Assembly: GCA_973895155.1 (NCBI GenBank)
Contig: OZ316898.1
Coordinates: forward strand, 12,551,659-12,615,658
Direction: 5' to 3'
Source of the DNA: Marsupella aquatica
Lineage: Eukaryota > Plantae > Marchantiophyta
Length of the DNA: 64,000 bases
Numbering within the stretch: position 1 is the first letter of the stretch; each line of letters begins with the position of its first letter. This document shows positions 50,601-62,193 of this stretch, piece after piece. A program made the position numbers and the translations under genes. The notes beneath the pieces were generated by a model. The model did not search any database. It saw nothing but the letters and a program-made list of their open reading frames with translations, and was not told where the DNA came from.

Positions 50601-51064
50601 GCTTTAGGCCACGCACCTTAAACCCTGGGGTTTGGGTTACGTTTTCTCCGTTTTATCCCAACTGCTCGTTAATTTTATATGGGAGATCGCTTCCGAAGTA
50701 TTTGAAACACGCGAATTAAGGCATTGTGTCTCCTCTGTGGTATGGGTTATCAGGGTTTTCGTACGAGATGAGTTCAGAGGGGGCGGCAGGGACTACTTCT
50801 TCTCGAAAATCAGAACAATGTGTGTGCTTGAGGGAGAGTACTTAATCTGTTTACCTGAAAGACGGGCTGGTTGTGCTTGCACATGGGAAGTGAGCAGAGG
50901 CTTTTAATCAGAGTGAAAGTTCCTTCGCAGTGCTCAGAATATCTTGAAGGAGCTTGTAATGGGAAAATATGGAACTTGTCACTGGGAAGTGATCAAATCC
51001 GGCAGGAATTGCTGACGGCGACAAGTCAGAGACCTCCCGGTTTGTGGAGGCCCTGATCCATGCA

Positions 51065-54000
51065 ATGAAGTCCCGAGGAGTAGCCCGTCGGGCAGTTCGC
51101 ATAGCTACCTCTAGCCTGGGCAATCACTCGCAAGTGCTGGGCGTGCTCAATGGCAAATTGTTGTCGTTGTCATCAAGGGCTTGGATTAGGGAACTGCTGC
51201 CGGCTCACATTGGTTACCGGGGCGCTGTTTATTCTCCGAAAGGCTGCTCAGATTTAGACATTGGCATGCCATCAGCAGGAGCTGAGGTTACAATTCAGAA
51301 TCCTCTCGGTAATCGATGGAGGCTGGATCAGAGCAGATGCTATTCCACTGAGGCCAGTTCTGCCCAAGGAAGAGAACTAGTGGGCCTCTATGGTTATGGG
51401 CTCCTCAAGTCGCCCCATGGCTTCAATACATTTGCTCAAGAGGCCATAGAAAGGTATGAAAACGTCTCGCGCTCCGTACTTCTTGGATAATTGAATCCGG
51501 AGGCTTTCAAAGTTGACTTGACTAAAAGCTTGTCTCCGTTTTGTGATCTTTTTCGGTAATGTATGACGTGCAGATCAGAGGAGATTGTATCTCGCATACA
51601 AGAGATGCCGCCTTCAATGGAGGTCATACAGGCTTTTGACGACATATCAGACGTGGTTAGTCTTTCTTTAGGGTCTGTTTATGTGATTTTGTACATTGTT
51701 TGTTTTCTTTCTGTCTTTCTTGTTTCCTTCTTAGTCGTTTTTTTTATGAAGTTCACGAGGTTTTCTGTGATGTTCGATTGTACAGGTATGCACTGTTGTT
51801 GATGCAGCTGAGCTATGCAGAAATACCCATCCTGACAAGTAAGGTGCATTCTTGCAACCATAAGATCTATTCTAATTGTTGGCTCTGTTTCTAATTTTCA
51901 ACGGGCACCACGTTTTGCAGTAAATTCTAGCTCCAAGTGCACTTGATCTGGTTTTATTTTTTATTGATAAATAAAGAGGAAAGTTCGTATTGAAGAATAT
52001 TAGAAACGAATTAAAACTTTTTAATGGAAAGTTTGTCAAGTTTGCCATCTCTAGGTGCGAGCTGTGTAATTCTTCCTGATGAATCTAAACTTAACCTGTG
52101 TGCAGAGAGTTTGTCCGTGAAGCAAATAAGGCCTCCATGAAGCTTTATGAGTACCTGCAAGTGAGTGTCATTCCAATAATTTAGGTTTTCAATCTAATTA
52201 TCTACCTACATTTACTTTAGAATCATTTCTCCACCTGCGTCCCAGATCTTTCTTGCTCTCTCACCTGCAGCTTTCTGCTATCAAGCCCAGCAAGTGCATA
52301 ATAGGGTGTTATGTCGTATTTTTTGGCAGTACCTGAACTCTCACCAAGTTCTCTACAAGGCTCTTGTTGATGTCGAGCAGTCAACTACATTGACTACTGA
52401 AGAGGCGAAAAGGGCAGCAAAAACTCTTCGAATTGATTTTGAAAGAGGGGGCATCCATCTTCCTCCAGGCGAGTGAGCTCTTGTCGACATTTTCGTACAC
52501 GTTAAGCAGGTTCAGAGATTGGAAAATTTGCCCCTGAGGTTTGTGGATAGAGGTGTTGAGTTTAGGGTTTTGAGAACTCAGGGCTTTGGACTGCAGAGAA
52601 GCTGAAACGTGCAGCTGAGCTGAACATGGAGATTACTCGCCTTGGGAGAGAGTAAGTCATTCAATGTCATAAGTTTGGCAGAGATAATTATGCTTTGATT
52701 CTGGGAATGGCGAAATTTTGTTAGCGTGCAGCTCGTCTCATGAATGCCTTCGTAATATAAATTTCCTGGTTCTGTAGATAAATTTGGACCGGGATTTGTG
52801 ATATGGTTGCATTCTTGACTCACTAATCCATTTTGAGCAGATTTACGGAGAACGTGATGTACGAGCAGGGTCAAGTTGACATTTTTCCTGCATCCCTGAT
52901 TCCCAAAAATCTTCACGGATTGATGGAGCCCATCTGGAGTTTGACCGGTGGGAGAGTTGGAAGGGCTCGCACAAAGAAGGCGAACTATGGGGATAAAACT
53001 GGACTGCGCATGTCCACAGAGCCTGGTGTCCTTTTTTCTGTTCTTAAGTATGTGCCAGATGAGGAGGTGTGTGTTGTTCTTACTCTTGTGACAGCTTTGC
53101 AAAAATGTGGGACGTCCTCAGAACGTTAGTATCATCGTGATGGTTGATTTCTATTTGGGGTTTACACCTTGGAATTGATGTCTGGCCCTCTATGATGGAC
53201 CGACCTATCATCCTGGTCACAGTGATCTTGAATCAAAAACGTGGCCTATGTTGTGCAGCTTGAGAGGCTAACTTATTTGGTCGTCTACCAAATTGTGAGT
53301 GCTAGCTTTGGCATGTGATTTTCAAGATATATTGATGCGTACAATTTTCACCTGGCATGTGGTGCAGACAAGAAGGCGGGTCTACCAAGTTGGAAACAGT
53401 GTCCCAAAAAGCAATTTGCGTGTACTTGACCATCTTATATGTGCGCGACATGAGCTTGCGCAGGTTGGTCTTACTATTCTTTTACAGTTCTCATGACCGT
53501 GAAGACATGTCCGCTGACCAATTTCCTTATCTCATATTCATGTCAGTGTCATCTAGAACACTTTTATCTGCTGTCCAAAAGGGACTCAACTAAATTTTGA
53601 ATTTGAAGGTTATTAGTAAAAGTTTTTCCATGCGTTCAGTTATGAGATTTAGGTGTTGCTGTTTTTGCTGCAATGTTACTCGCTTCCCTTACAGTTTGAT
53701 TCTTTCTTGTGTAGCTTTTGGGATATTCATCTTACGCAGAGTTTGCTCTGTGGCCCACAATGGCGGAGAAACCAGAAGCAGTGTTAGATTTTTTGCATGA
53801 TCTTAGTACCAAAATCAGAGCAAAGGCAGATGAGGTACAATCAAACTCTGTTCATTTTTGCTGATTGCTGTTTTACCCGGAGTGTTTGTGAGAAGAACCC
53901 CCGGTATCGAGAGTAGTTGCAAATGATGTCCACAATCTTGCAGGAGTTCAGGATGCTTGGAGAGTTTCGGATGCAGTTTGAAGATGGAACCAATTCTACT

Positions 54001-57000
54001 GTGCAGGCCTGGGACGAGTCTTATTACTCGGGGCTTTTCAAATCCCGTACTCTTGACCTCACTTCAACGGTAGGGACCTCTAAAATTTCTTTCAATCGAG
54101 ACAAACTCCTGATTGTGGAATGAATGGATGTCGAGTTTTGCGTCTTTTTAGGTTGAAGTTGATCAATGATCATGGACGCACTAGTTAACACACTCGCGTG
54201 TGCAGGCAGTAGCAGCGTATTTTCCATATACAGCATGCATTGAAGGGCTGAAAGTGATGTGTCAATCCCTTTTCAATGCAACCTTCAAGCAGCTGCCACT
54301 TGGGCCCGATGAAGCTTGGCATCCTGATGTCCAGAAACTCGCACTTCTTCATGCCACTGAGGTTTGGGGACTGATCACCTAAAGCTGCAAGAAAATTCAA
54401 AAGTTATCGTGTTCGTCTCCCTTTCTACGCGAAAGCGTTGTATCACGTCGATTGCGATTGCTATTGCAAACACCTCAGGATAATCTTGGCCTGTAAAGAA
54501 CTTGTGCAAAAAGTGCTGAGACATCTCTACCTTGGTACTCAACAGGGTGAATTGGGTCACATGTACCTTGATCTATATGCGAGACACGGAAAATTTCCAA
54601 GCTGTGCGCACTTTACTTTAAAAGGCTGCAAGCGATTGTCTGAAACGAAGTACCAGCTTCCGGTATGGCATCCATCTCTAGATATGTCTTGACGAATAGA
54701 GAAGCGTGGAGTCCTTTTGGTGATATCAATCTTAGTTTTTCTCTTCCGATAGCAAATAACATTGAGATTTCTGCTCTAGGGAACAAGTGATTCATAACGT
54801 CCTACTACTTGGCTTTTCATGCTGGTTCTTTTACATGGTTGGGGGTATGAATACGGAATCATGAGTGGATATGCCTTCGTATAGTCTCTCAAATTTGAGA
54901 CCATGACGGACAAGTTACTTCACGCATACTTGTTTCTGTCTTCACAAGTTTAACTAAGGTACGTTTTGTGCAGGTCGTAGCCTTGGTGTGCAATTTTACA
55001 AATCCAAATGGATATGAACCTCCAGTTTTGAACCACGCTGAAGTTGAGGCTCTCTTTCATGAATTCGGCCATGCTCTTCATTCCTTGCTGTCCCGAACAG
55101 TAAGTTCAAGTGTGCAGTACATCGACCGTATAATTATGAGATCCTTAAGAAGCTTTAAACTGATTCTTAACTGCTGTCAAGTAAATGCCTTCGAATAGGC
55201 AACCATCTCTTCATGGTAAAATTGAACAATAGTTCTAGTGGTAATCTCACAGCAAAGTACATCAGTCGTTGGAGTTGAGGGCCTACAGCAAGTGCCTAAA
55301 ATGAAACACTACAGCACAGAATTATAGGAATATGCTGACGAAATAGTTTACTCAGAATCGCCTGATATTGGTCTGGACGTCACAACTCACAAAAAATTGC
55401 TTCAAACCCAGTTGGCTTGCTGTCACTCGCATAGTTGATAAGTGATCTGGCTAAGATAAATTTTGGTCACACTTGACCGTCATTTCACTAACTACTCTTC
55501 GGAATTTACATGAGACGTTCATATGTTGTCTCATGTATTATTGAAGAGCAAACACTGGTTTATGATATGTTTCTTCTCCCATGCCTTATCCCCGACATGA
55601 ATTTGGTCTTTTAAAACAGGAGTATCAACACTTCTCAGGCACACGGACTGTGTTGGACTTTTCGGAGACACCTTCACACTTATTTGAGTAAGCTTCCTAT
55701 TTGATTTTTTGTAGTTTGAAATGAAATTGCGGCTTTTCTTTGAAAACGGGGGCTAGATTTGTACATCGCAATTAAGACTTAAAACCGTGTCGTGGTAGGT
55801 ACTATGCTTGGGATTATAGGGTATTGAGCAAGTTTGCCAGGCATTATCAAACGGGTGAGGCAATCCCTGAGAAGATGGTGCAATCAATGAATGATGCAAA
55901 AAAGTTGTTATCTGCCACGGAGCTGCAGCGGCAGGTTCAAATTCTTTCCTTCTTACGTTTTGTAAATGGCTGAGAATCTTCGGATCCTTCACGGTTGGGG
56001 TGTGAGCATCGAGCACTGTTCTGGGGATCGACTGTACTTATCAAGCAGTTTAGTCCTTACGATTTCCAATTGAGATCAGTAATGTTTTAGAAATCATTTT
56101 AGTTGGCCAAATTGTGGGCTTGTTTCAAAAGATATTTTAGTATGTATTTACGATGAAACGTACGGCACTCCATGCAGCTGCTCTTTGCTTTGATTGACCA
56201 AACTCTCTTCGGCAAGCAACCATTGCCTGCGAAGGACACAACAGCAGTGGTGGCTGATTTGAAACATCGACATACGTCCCTCAAGCATGTCGAAGGGACT
56301 CATTGGCAAACCCGCTTTTGTCATCTCATTAGTTATGGAGCTGGTGCGTATCCCTTTCCATGTGGTGCGTGTGAATCTGGCTGAATTGACTACGTAGCCT
56401 TCTTGTGTGTTTAAGAAGTCGGACACATTTCTTGTGATTCAACACCTCAAAGTGAAGTAGGATATCCCTAAATTGATCTAGGCTGAAAAATTTGAACAGT
56501 TTTTGTTGTAATTCTATAGGTTCTGCACAATTCTAATGAGTACAATTAATAATGGGACCACCATTGCCGTATACCAGGCTAATAACTTTACTACTTGCTG
56601 TCCCGTAAATTTAATCGTCCCATAATGTGCCTGTTCCTTGCTATGCATGAGCTTACGAGGGTGCATCTCTTCGAAGATGGTAGCATACTGCGTTTCTGCT
56701 GATCGTTGCTTACCGACATCTTTATCCAGATCCTTATACTGGTTGCTTTTGCTTGTGTTAGCTGCCTGAGATGCTGCTTTTGACTAGATGTAATAACTGT
56801 CGACCACCATTTGCAGGTTACTACAGCTACTTGTATGCCCGCTGCATTGCGTCAAGCATATGGCATCAACATTGCAGAAAAGATCCTCTCAGTAAAGAGA
56901 CAGGTGAAATGCTCCGTCGTGGTCTCCTGCAGTTTGGAGGTGCAAAGGATCCTGCAAAAATGCTCAGAGAGTTGCTAGGAAACGATGCACTGATTGCCTC

Positions 57001-57082
57001 ACCAGGTGGTGGAGTAAGCCCTGCACCGAATCATCTTCTTGAAGAAATCGGGCTGACATTGCCACCGTCGTTGCAATCGTGA
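51065..57082 (+). CDS. OCT1: Mitochondrial intermediate peptidase (peptidase M3A, MIP), ~791 aa
   Basis: 17 exons: 51065-51453, 51574-51655, 51786-51838, 52106-52160, 52330-52468, 52597-52651, 52841-53066, 53368-53463, 53715-53834, 53944-54069, 54206-54361, 54546-54662, 54974-55099, 55620-55687, 55799-55934, 56178-56343, 56817-57082; 2376 nt, in frame. Zinc motif LFHEFGHALHSLLSRT; EYQHFSGTR..DFSETPS; DFERGGIHL; RFCHLISYGAGYYSY. Intron 5 is GC-AG. Confidence 0.95.
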
Positions 57083-58149
57083 TTTCTTTTTCTCATTGAT
57101 TCATGCGGGAGGGACCGACCAACGATTTTTCCAGTCTCTGGAATTCATTCTTTGCCAGGGACCCATTTCACATTACCGGTCGCCGTCAGAGCTGAACTTC
57201 ACCTCCTAGTACCACAATTTTTTGAACTGAGTTACACATGTGCAAGCGTTCTTCTTGAGAGATGCTTCTGGTGTATGACAGGTTATCCATACAACATGAT
57301 CCTTCCTTGAAATCGGATGCAAACATTCTTTGCTACTTTAGTCTGTGAACGTGAGAGTTCACGTGTAGGTATTTGTCTGCCAGCCTGAAGAATCTCTTGT
57401 TTGAGTTGAGATGGATTGAAGAAATTACAGGATGTAAACTCAGTGTAGATGTGTGGGCTCTCACTCATCTTCTCACAGCCTCAAGTCATTTAACTAGTAG
57501 GCTAGCATTGAAACGACCAATGCGTTACACTGGTAATTCTGCCCATCCGATGGAAGTGGCTCTTTTTGACCTAGGAAAATTCACTCCAGCCCTCGGTATT
57601 CTGCACCTGTTCCATAACTTTCACCTCTTCATGTTGTTTTCGTCACTGTGGGAGAATGATTAGCATCATCTCGCAGAGGAGTCAATGTAAGTGAATGGAC
57701 TGATGTGATCATTGACTAGATGCAAAATACGGCAAAAGAAGAGTAAGATGAGGAAAGCTATAAACTTCGGTGATTGATAAGAGCTGGCTGAACTACTATT
57801 GAAAAGTGAGATAGTCTTCTAGAGAGTTACTACTTCAGAAAGCGCAAGAAATCCTACCAGGTGAAGTTCAGAGCTCTTCTTCAAAGTAGTTTACAGATGC
57901 CCAAACAAAGTAAATTAGCATTGGGTTACATAAAGCGTGAAGACTATATTCGTTAGAGGTACATGGATATCACTAGCAAAGGAACTCTGTGATGTGATGC
58001 ATTTGCCAACTCCAAAGGCCGGGCCCCAAGATACGAAGGGCTAGGGCACATTGTAACGGTCATGAAGATTCATTGCCAAAGATACATAGCGAGAGCTCGG
58101 GCACATTGTAGGGTCATGCAGATTCAACGACAAAGATGCATGTGAGATA

Positions 58150-58420
58150 CAGGGATATCCTCTATCAAAGCAAGCCTTTGATGTGGTGCATTGACTGCGG
58201 TGAGAGAGCAAGGTTTGGCACATTGTACATTCTTTGACAAAAGATTCTTTTAAGCTTGTCAATTCAATTTCATACAAGTCTATTGTCTGGGCTAAACTTT
58301 GGCTGCTTTTAAACGATGGCTGCTTACTGTTCAGGATGGATAGAATTTCATGTCTTGGCCCAATGCTTGAGTTCATGCTTAAGTTGTCCCGACCTTCACT
58401 GCTTTTTCCGACCTTCAATT
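58150..58420 (-). mobile_element. Probable decayed LINE reverse-transcriptase fragment
   Basis: LSILNSKQPSFKSSQSLA..I....LTSLKESFVKE....TLL...SKACFDR resembles the LINE RT series ISLLN..YKI..K.LA..L..LIS..Q.GFVKG...LD..KAFDR. Confidence 0.35.
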
Positions 58421-59891
58421 GAAGAATTGTTTAGCACGGGTAGCTGGTGACATTCTAGAGGCAGTTCTTGAAGGCATCGACACAGTGCAGCAAACAAGAC
58501 TGGAGATTGATTGATTCTTTATTTTTTGCTCGACTTCGGAAAGGAGAATCTGAGGATTTTCAAATAAATTGAACATTTTCAGGTTTAGGTTAATTGGCTC
58601 TTTGCCGTAGCAGATGAGTTCGTCTGAAGACAGTTGCTACCATAGTTTCAGACAGTAACTCAATGTCCATTTGTGGATTTGAACATGTATGTGGCTTCAT
58701 AGAACACCCATCCACAAGTTAGGTACTGACAGTCCTTGACAGTTTTTCGATCAAGAGGTTGTCTCTGAAGTTCCGTGATGGTATAATACAAACGCAGAAA
58801 AGATACTTTTCTGGAATGAGAACTTGGCCGTGATTGAAGTGACAGTTTGACAGCATACGGAGAAAAAGTACACTCGTTAGCTTTTAGCCCTTGAATGTGT
58901 CACTGACGCTGATGGCGTTGAACCGAAGGTCTATCTCAAATGTACCGTCGTCAGGAACATATAAAAATCTAGTTCTGTTTCTTTCTGATGAGTATTTGTT
59001 TCGAGATCCTCCATTGCTTCATATTTAGTAATCGAACATTGAACAAAGGCTTATCATCTTTATGTAGTTTGGAAATAACGATGGCTTCCATTCTTCATTA
59101 TGGACCACATGAATGAAAGACTCCATTCCATTTTGCGTTTGTGAAAAACTTAGAAGGCGAGTATTCAAGCTACATATGGCAAATTGATTGGGGCGACCTT
59201 TGTCCTTGACCGGGGAACTACGGTAGTGTCGTTGCTGTGGAAAAAGGTAATGTAACGATTGATTCACCGACATAACCTATGGGTCTTTGCTTTAGTGATA
59301 AAAATCAAATTCCGGAAACCTTATATAGTTCCCAGTCATGACCCCACACCTAAAGTATTTTCTTGGTTCGGATATATCTGCGCACTGCTTCACATGCGTC
59401 ACACTGCGTTTGTCCAACCCTCGTCCAATCAGATCCAGCACATATTTGGAACTGACATAATTATGCCGGTTACTCCCAAGACATCTAGTTTACCATCCAA
59501 TGCTATCATTTCGAACTCCGGTCGGGAACAAGATCAGGGATTGGAGCAATGTCGGTAACTACTTTTCTTCGGAAGGTATTTCCTTAGAACCACTGTCCGA
59601 ACTATAAAATCCCTTCAGTTCTTCAAAACGATTATCCAAAATTCGAAGCACTACGAGAGTCCTTGTTGAACGGCAGCGAACTCTGGCATCGTAGACGGAC
59701 TCGACTTTCATTGCTTGTTATCAACTATGTGTTGCCCCCTCCATGACGGACATCGGGAGGATCTCAACAAGCACTTGAAGCAGATAGTAGATTCGGTACC
59801 AAAATCGCCAGTTCAGTGCGACCGCTTGACGGGACAAATGTTCGAAGCTGAATGCCCGCTCGGGTATGATTATTGAAGGCCAAAAATGACG

Positions 59892-61145
59892 TTACCTGTA
59901 TATTGTAACCGGAGGTACTCGAATGTCTGTCTCGCTCAAAAATGGGTTGGACGAGCATTTGTTGAGCGCCAAGTCGTCGTAGAAAAGGTACTCCGCTGCA
60001 TAGTCATGGAGGCGGAGCTCGGCTTTTCGCTCATTGCTATGATAATGATGCTGGGCTTGCGAGGACTTGCCGAACCCAAGAATGTCCACCTTCTCACAAA
60101 TCCCTAGGGCGAGAACGACAGCTTGGAAACCGGAAGAATAGTGGAAGTCGAGATCGTGGTGATCCACAGCCCACCTTTGGATGGGGTTGCCAGTCACCTC
60201 CACGTAATTTTTGATCGAGTACCATTTTACTAACCTGGTGCAAAGAGTATCAAATCGAGGATCTGTGACGAGCACGAGTGCATAATTGTACGCGTTCTGG
60301 GGCTCGCAGAAGGCAATGTCCATCAGATGCTGGACTTGGCAGAGGTACATGACAATGGGTATGTTCCCGTAGGGATGGCAGTAGCAATTCAGCTGGCGAG
60401 ACCAATCGTGGTAGACGTTGCTATTGACAAACGATATGGTGGTCTTTGATCCAACGGATTCTTCAAAGTCTTTAAGTCTCGCATTGTTCAAACGGATGAC
60501 TACGTCGTGGCTGTCGATGAATGATCCCAAGCTCTGGTTCAGAAGTATACCACTGTTGCCAACAACTGCACAAGTTCTATATCGCTCAGACTCCCCATCG
60601 TGAACCAAATTACGTAGTTGTGGATTCGCTTTGTGCCTGTTGTAAAAATTGTCTAGGTTCTTCTTCATGGTCAGCATTAGCTCCTTCATCACGAGCGGTT
60701 CATGCCTTTTGATTCGAGACCAAATCTGTACTAGCTGACGGAATCGTGGCCAGTACTCGTCATATCTCGAATTCTGAATCCTAATCATCCAGTCCTCGGT
60801 TTTACTTCTCCCCTTAGTTCGGGCTTGGTCCAAATCAATACGATGATCCAAGATCATTTTAATCCTCCGTTTCACTTGCACTTCACTGGGGTCTGTAGCG
60901 GCATAAGCAAGAATCATAGTCTCGTTGAACAAGCCAGCCGGCTTGTTGTCACTCTCCTCCAAGTTATGATGATCAAGAGCGACAGAATCCTTCTGCCAAT
61001 TGTTGATGAAAGAAGACCGGGCAGGGGGCTTCCTTAGCACATACTCTCCTTGCAAAAGCGGATAGGCCAAAGAGAGAAAAGTTACAAACGCTAGGAGAAA
61101 GACGAGGAGCATCAACCTAAGGAAAAAGTTGGAGCCACGACGCAT
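59892..61145 (-). CDS. Glycosyltransferase family 29 (sialyltransferase-like; GALT29A-type beta-1,6-galactosyltransferase), ~417 aa, single coding exon
   Basis: Signal anchor [26 protein letters not shown]; sialylmotif [15 protein letters not shown]...[13 protein letters not shown]...VGSKTT; motif [24 protein letters not shown]; HHYH; motif VS HDYAAE. Alternative start at 61196. Confidence 0.93.
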   Translation of the reverse strand: MRRGSNFFLRLMLLVFLLAFVTFLSLAYPLLQGEYVLRKPPARSSFINNWQKDSVALDHHNLEESDNKPAGLFNETMILAYAATDPSEVQVKRRIKMILDHRIDLDQARTKGRSKTEDWMIRIQNSRYDEYWPRFRQLVQIWSRIKRHEPLVMKELMLTMKKNLDNFYNRHKANPQLRNLVHDGESERYRTCAVVGNSGILLNQSLGSFIDSHDVVIRLNNARLKDFEESVGSKTTISFVNSNVYHDWSRQLNCYCHPYGNIPIVMYLCQVQHLMDIAFCEPQNAYNYALVLVTDPRFDTLCTRLVKWYSIKNYVEVTGNPIQRWAVDHHDLDFHYSSGFQAVVLALGICEKVDILGFGKSSQAQHHYHSNERKAELRLHDYAAEYLFYDDLALNKCSSNPFLSETDIRVPPVTIYR

Positions 61146-62193
61146 ATTCGCAACTGCCAGGTGACCCGACTCATTGCAATAATTCACCCTGGCCATATAA
61201 GGCGATATGTGCAGACTCCTGTTCAGTGTTGCATGATCAGTCTGTACTTTTTCAGGCCACTGCAATGTAACCAATTCTAACGTGATCTCACGCAGTTTTG
61301 TAGCAATCGATCGTACTTGAAAGCAATGGTATTGGAGTTCCCTGTAAGAAGTCACTCAAACATAAAAGAGATGTCGTGAGAGTTCATTACAAATTGTGAG
61401 CTGCTGTGAAAACAATGAAGGGAAGTCCGACTGCAGATAGAATTCATATTACGAAGAGGTCAAGTATATCTTCGACAGGGTCACAGAGTCGTCGGCACAC
61501 ATCTATGTACGTGCCGCAAATCTAAATGCCGCAAACTTGGCGCCAAAGTTGACGGTGAACGGCATTTCCGAGTTCTCAGATCACAAGATGACTGCAGTGG
61601 AGTGCTTGACGGAGAAAGAAAGCAAGAAGATCGATCTGCATAATGAATACGCTGACATGCGGCCACGAACTCCGTTTATAATTAATTCAAGCAGACGTGA
61701 TTGATGCGATTGATGGGATTGACAGGAGTGACGAGACGTGGTAATAACGCTAGCCAAGGACAGGCCCTTCGCCCGGTGAAAGTCGAGAGATGACGGGCAA
61801 CAGCATTTAGGAGAGACAGATCGACCCCCAACCAACAGAAAGCTCATGTGGTACTTAAGGCATATGTACTGAATTATATACAGCTTCCATTTTCCCCATG
61901 TAGAGTCGACCCTGGAGCCGACTGCATACTTTCCTTGGTAAAGATTGAGTCATCCGCACAACACGGATTCCATCATTTGAGTTAAAGTGAGTTGGAGACA
62001 CATTAGCGCACACCATTGATAGCTGTATTTCTCGCTGATCGACATGATATCATTAAATTGCTACAGTTGGCCCGGTCTTGGGCATAATTTCGGCATGCAC
62101 CAGCATGCTTATTGAGCAACTCCCAAAACAGTTCATGAACATCTTGTCATTGCGAGGCTTTCAAAGGGCCGCAAGAAAAGTATGTGTGCAGAG

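Noticed and set aside
1-61145. Functional gene cluster among the genes in the window
   Set aside because: The genes belong to unrelated pathways (mitochondrial proteostasis, DNA repair, tetrapyrrole, exine, glycosylation); nothing indicates co-regulation.
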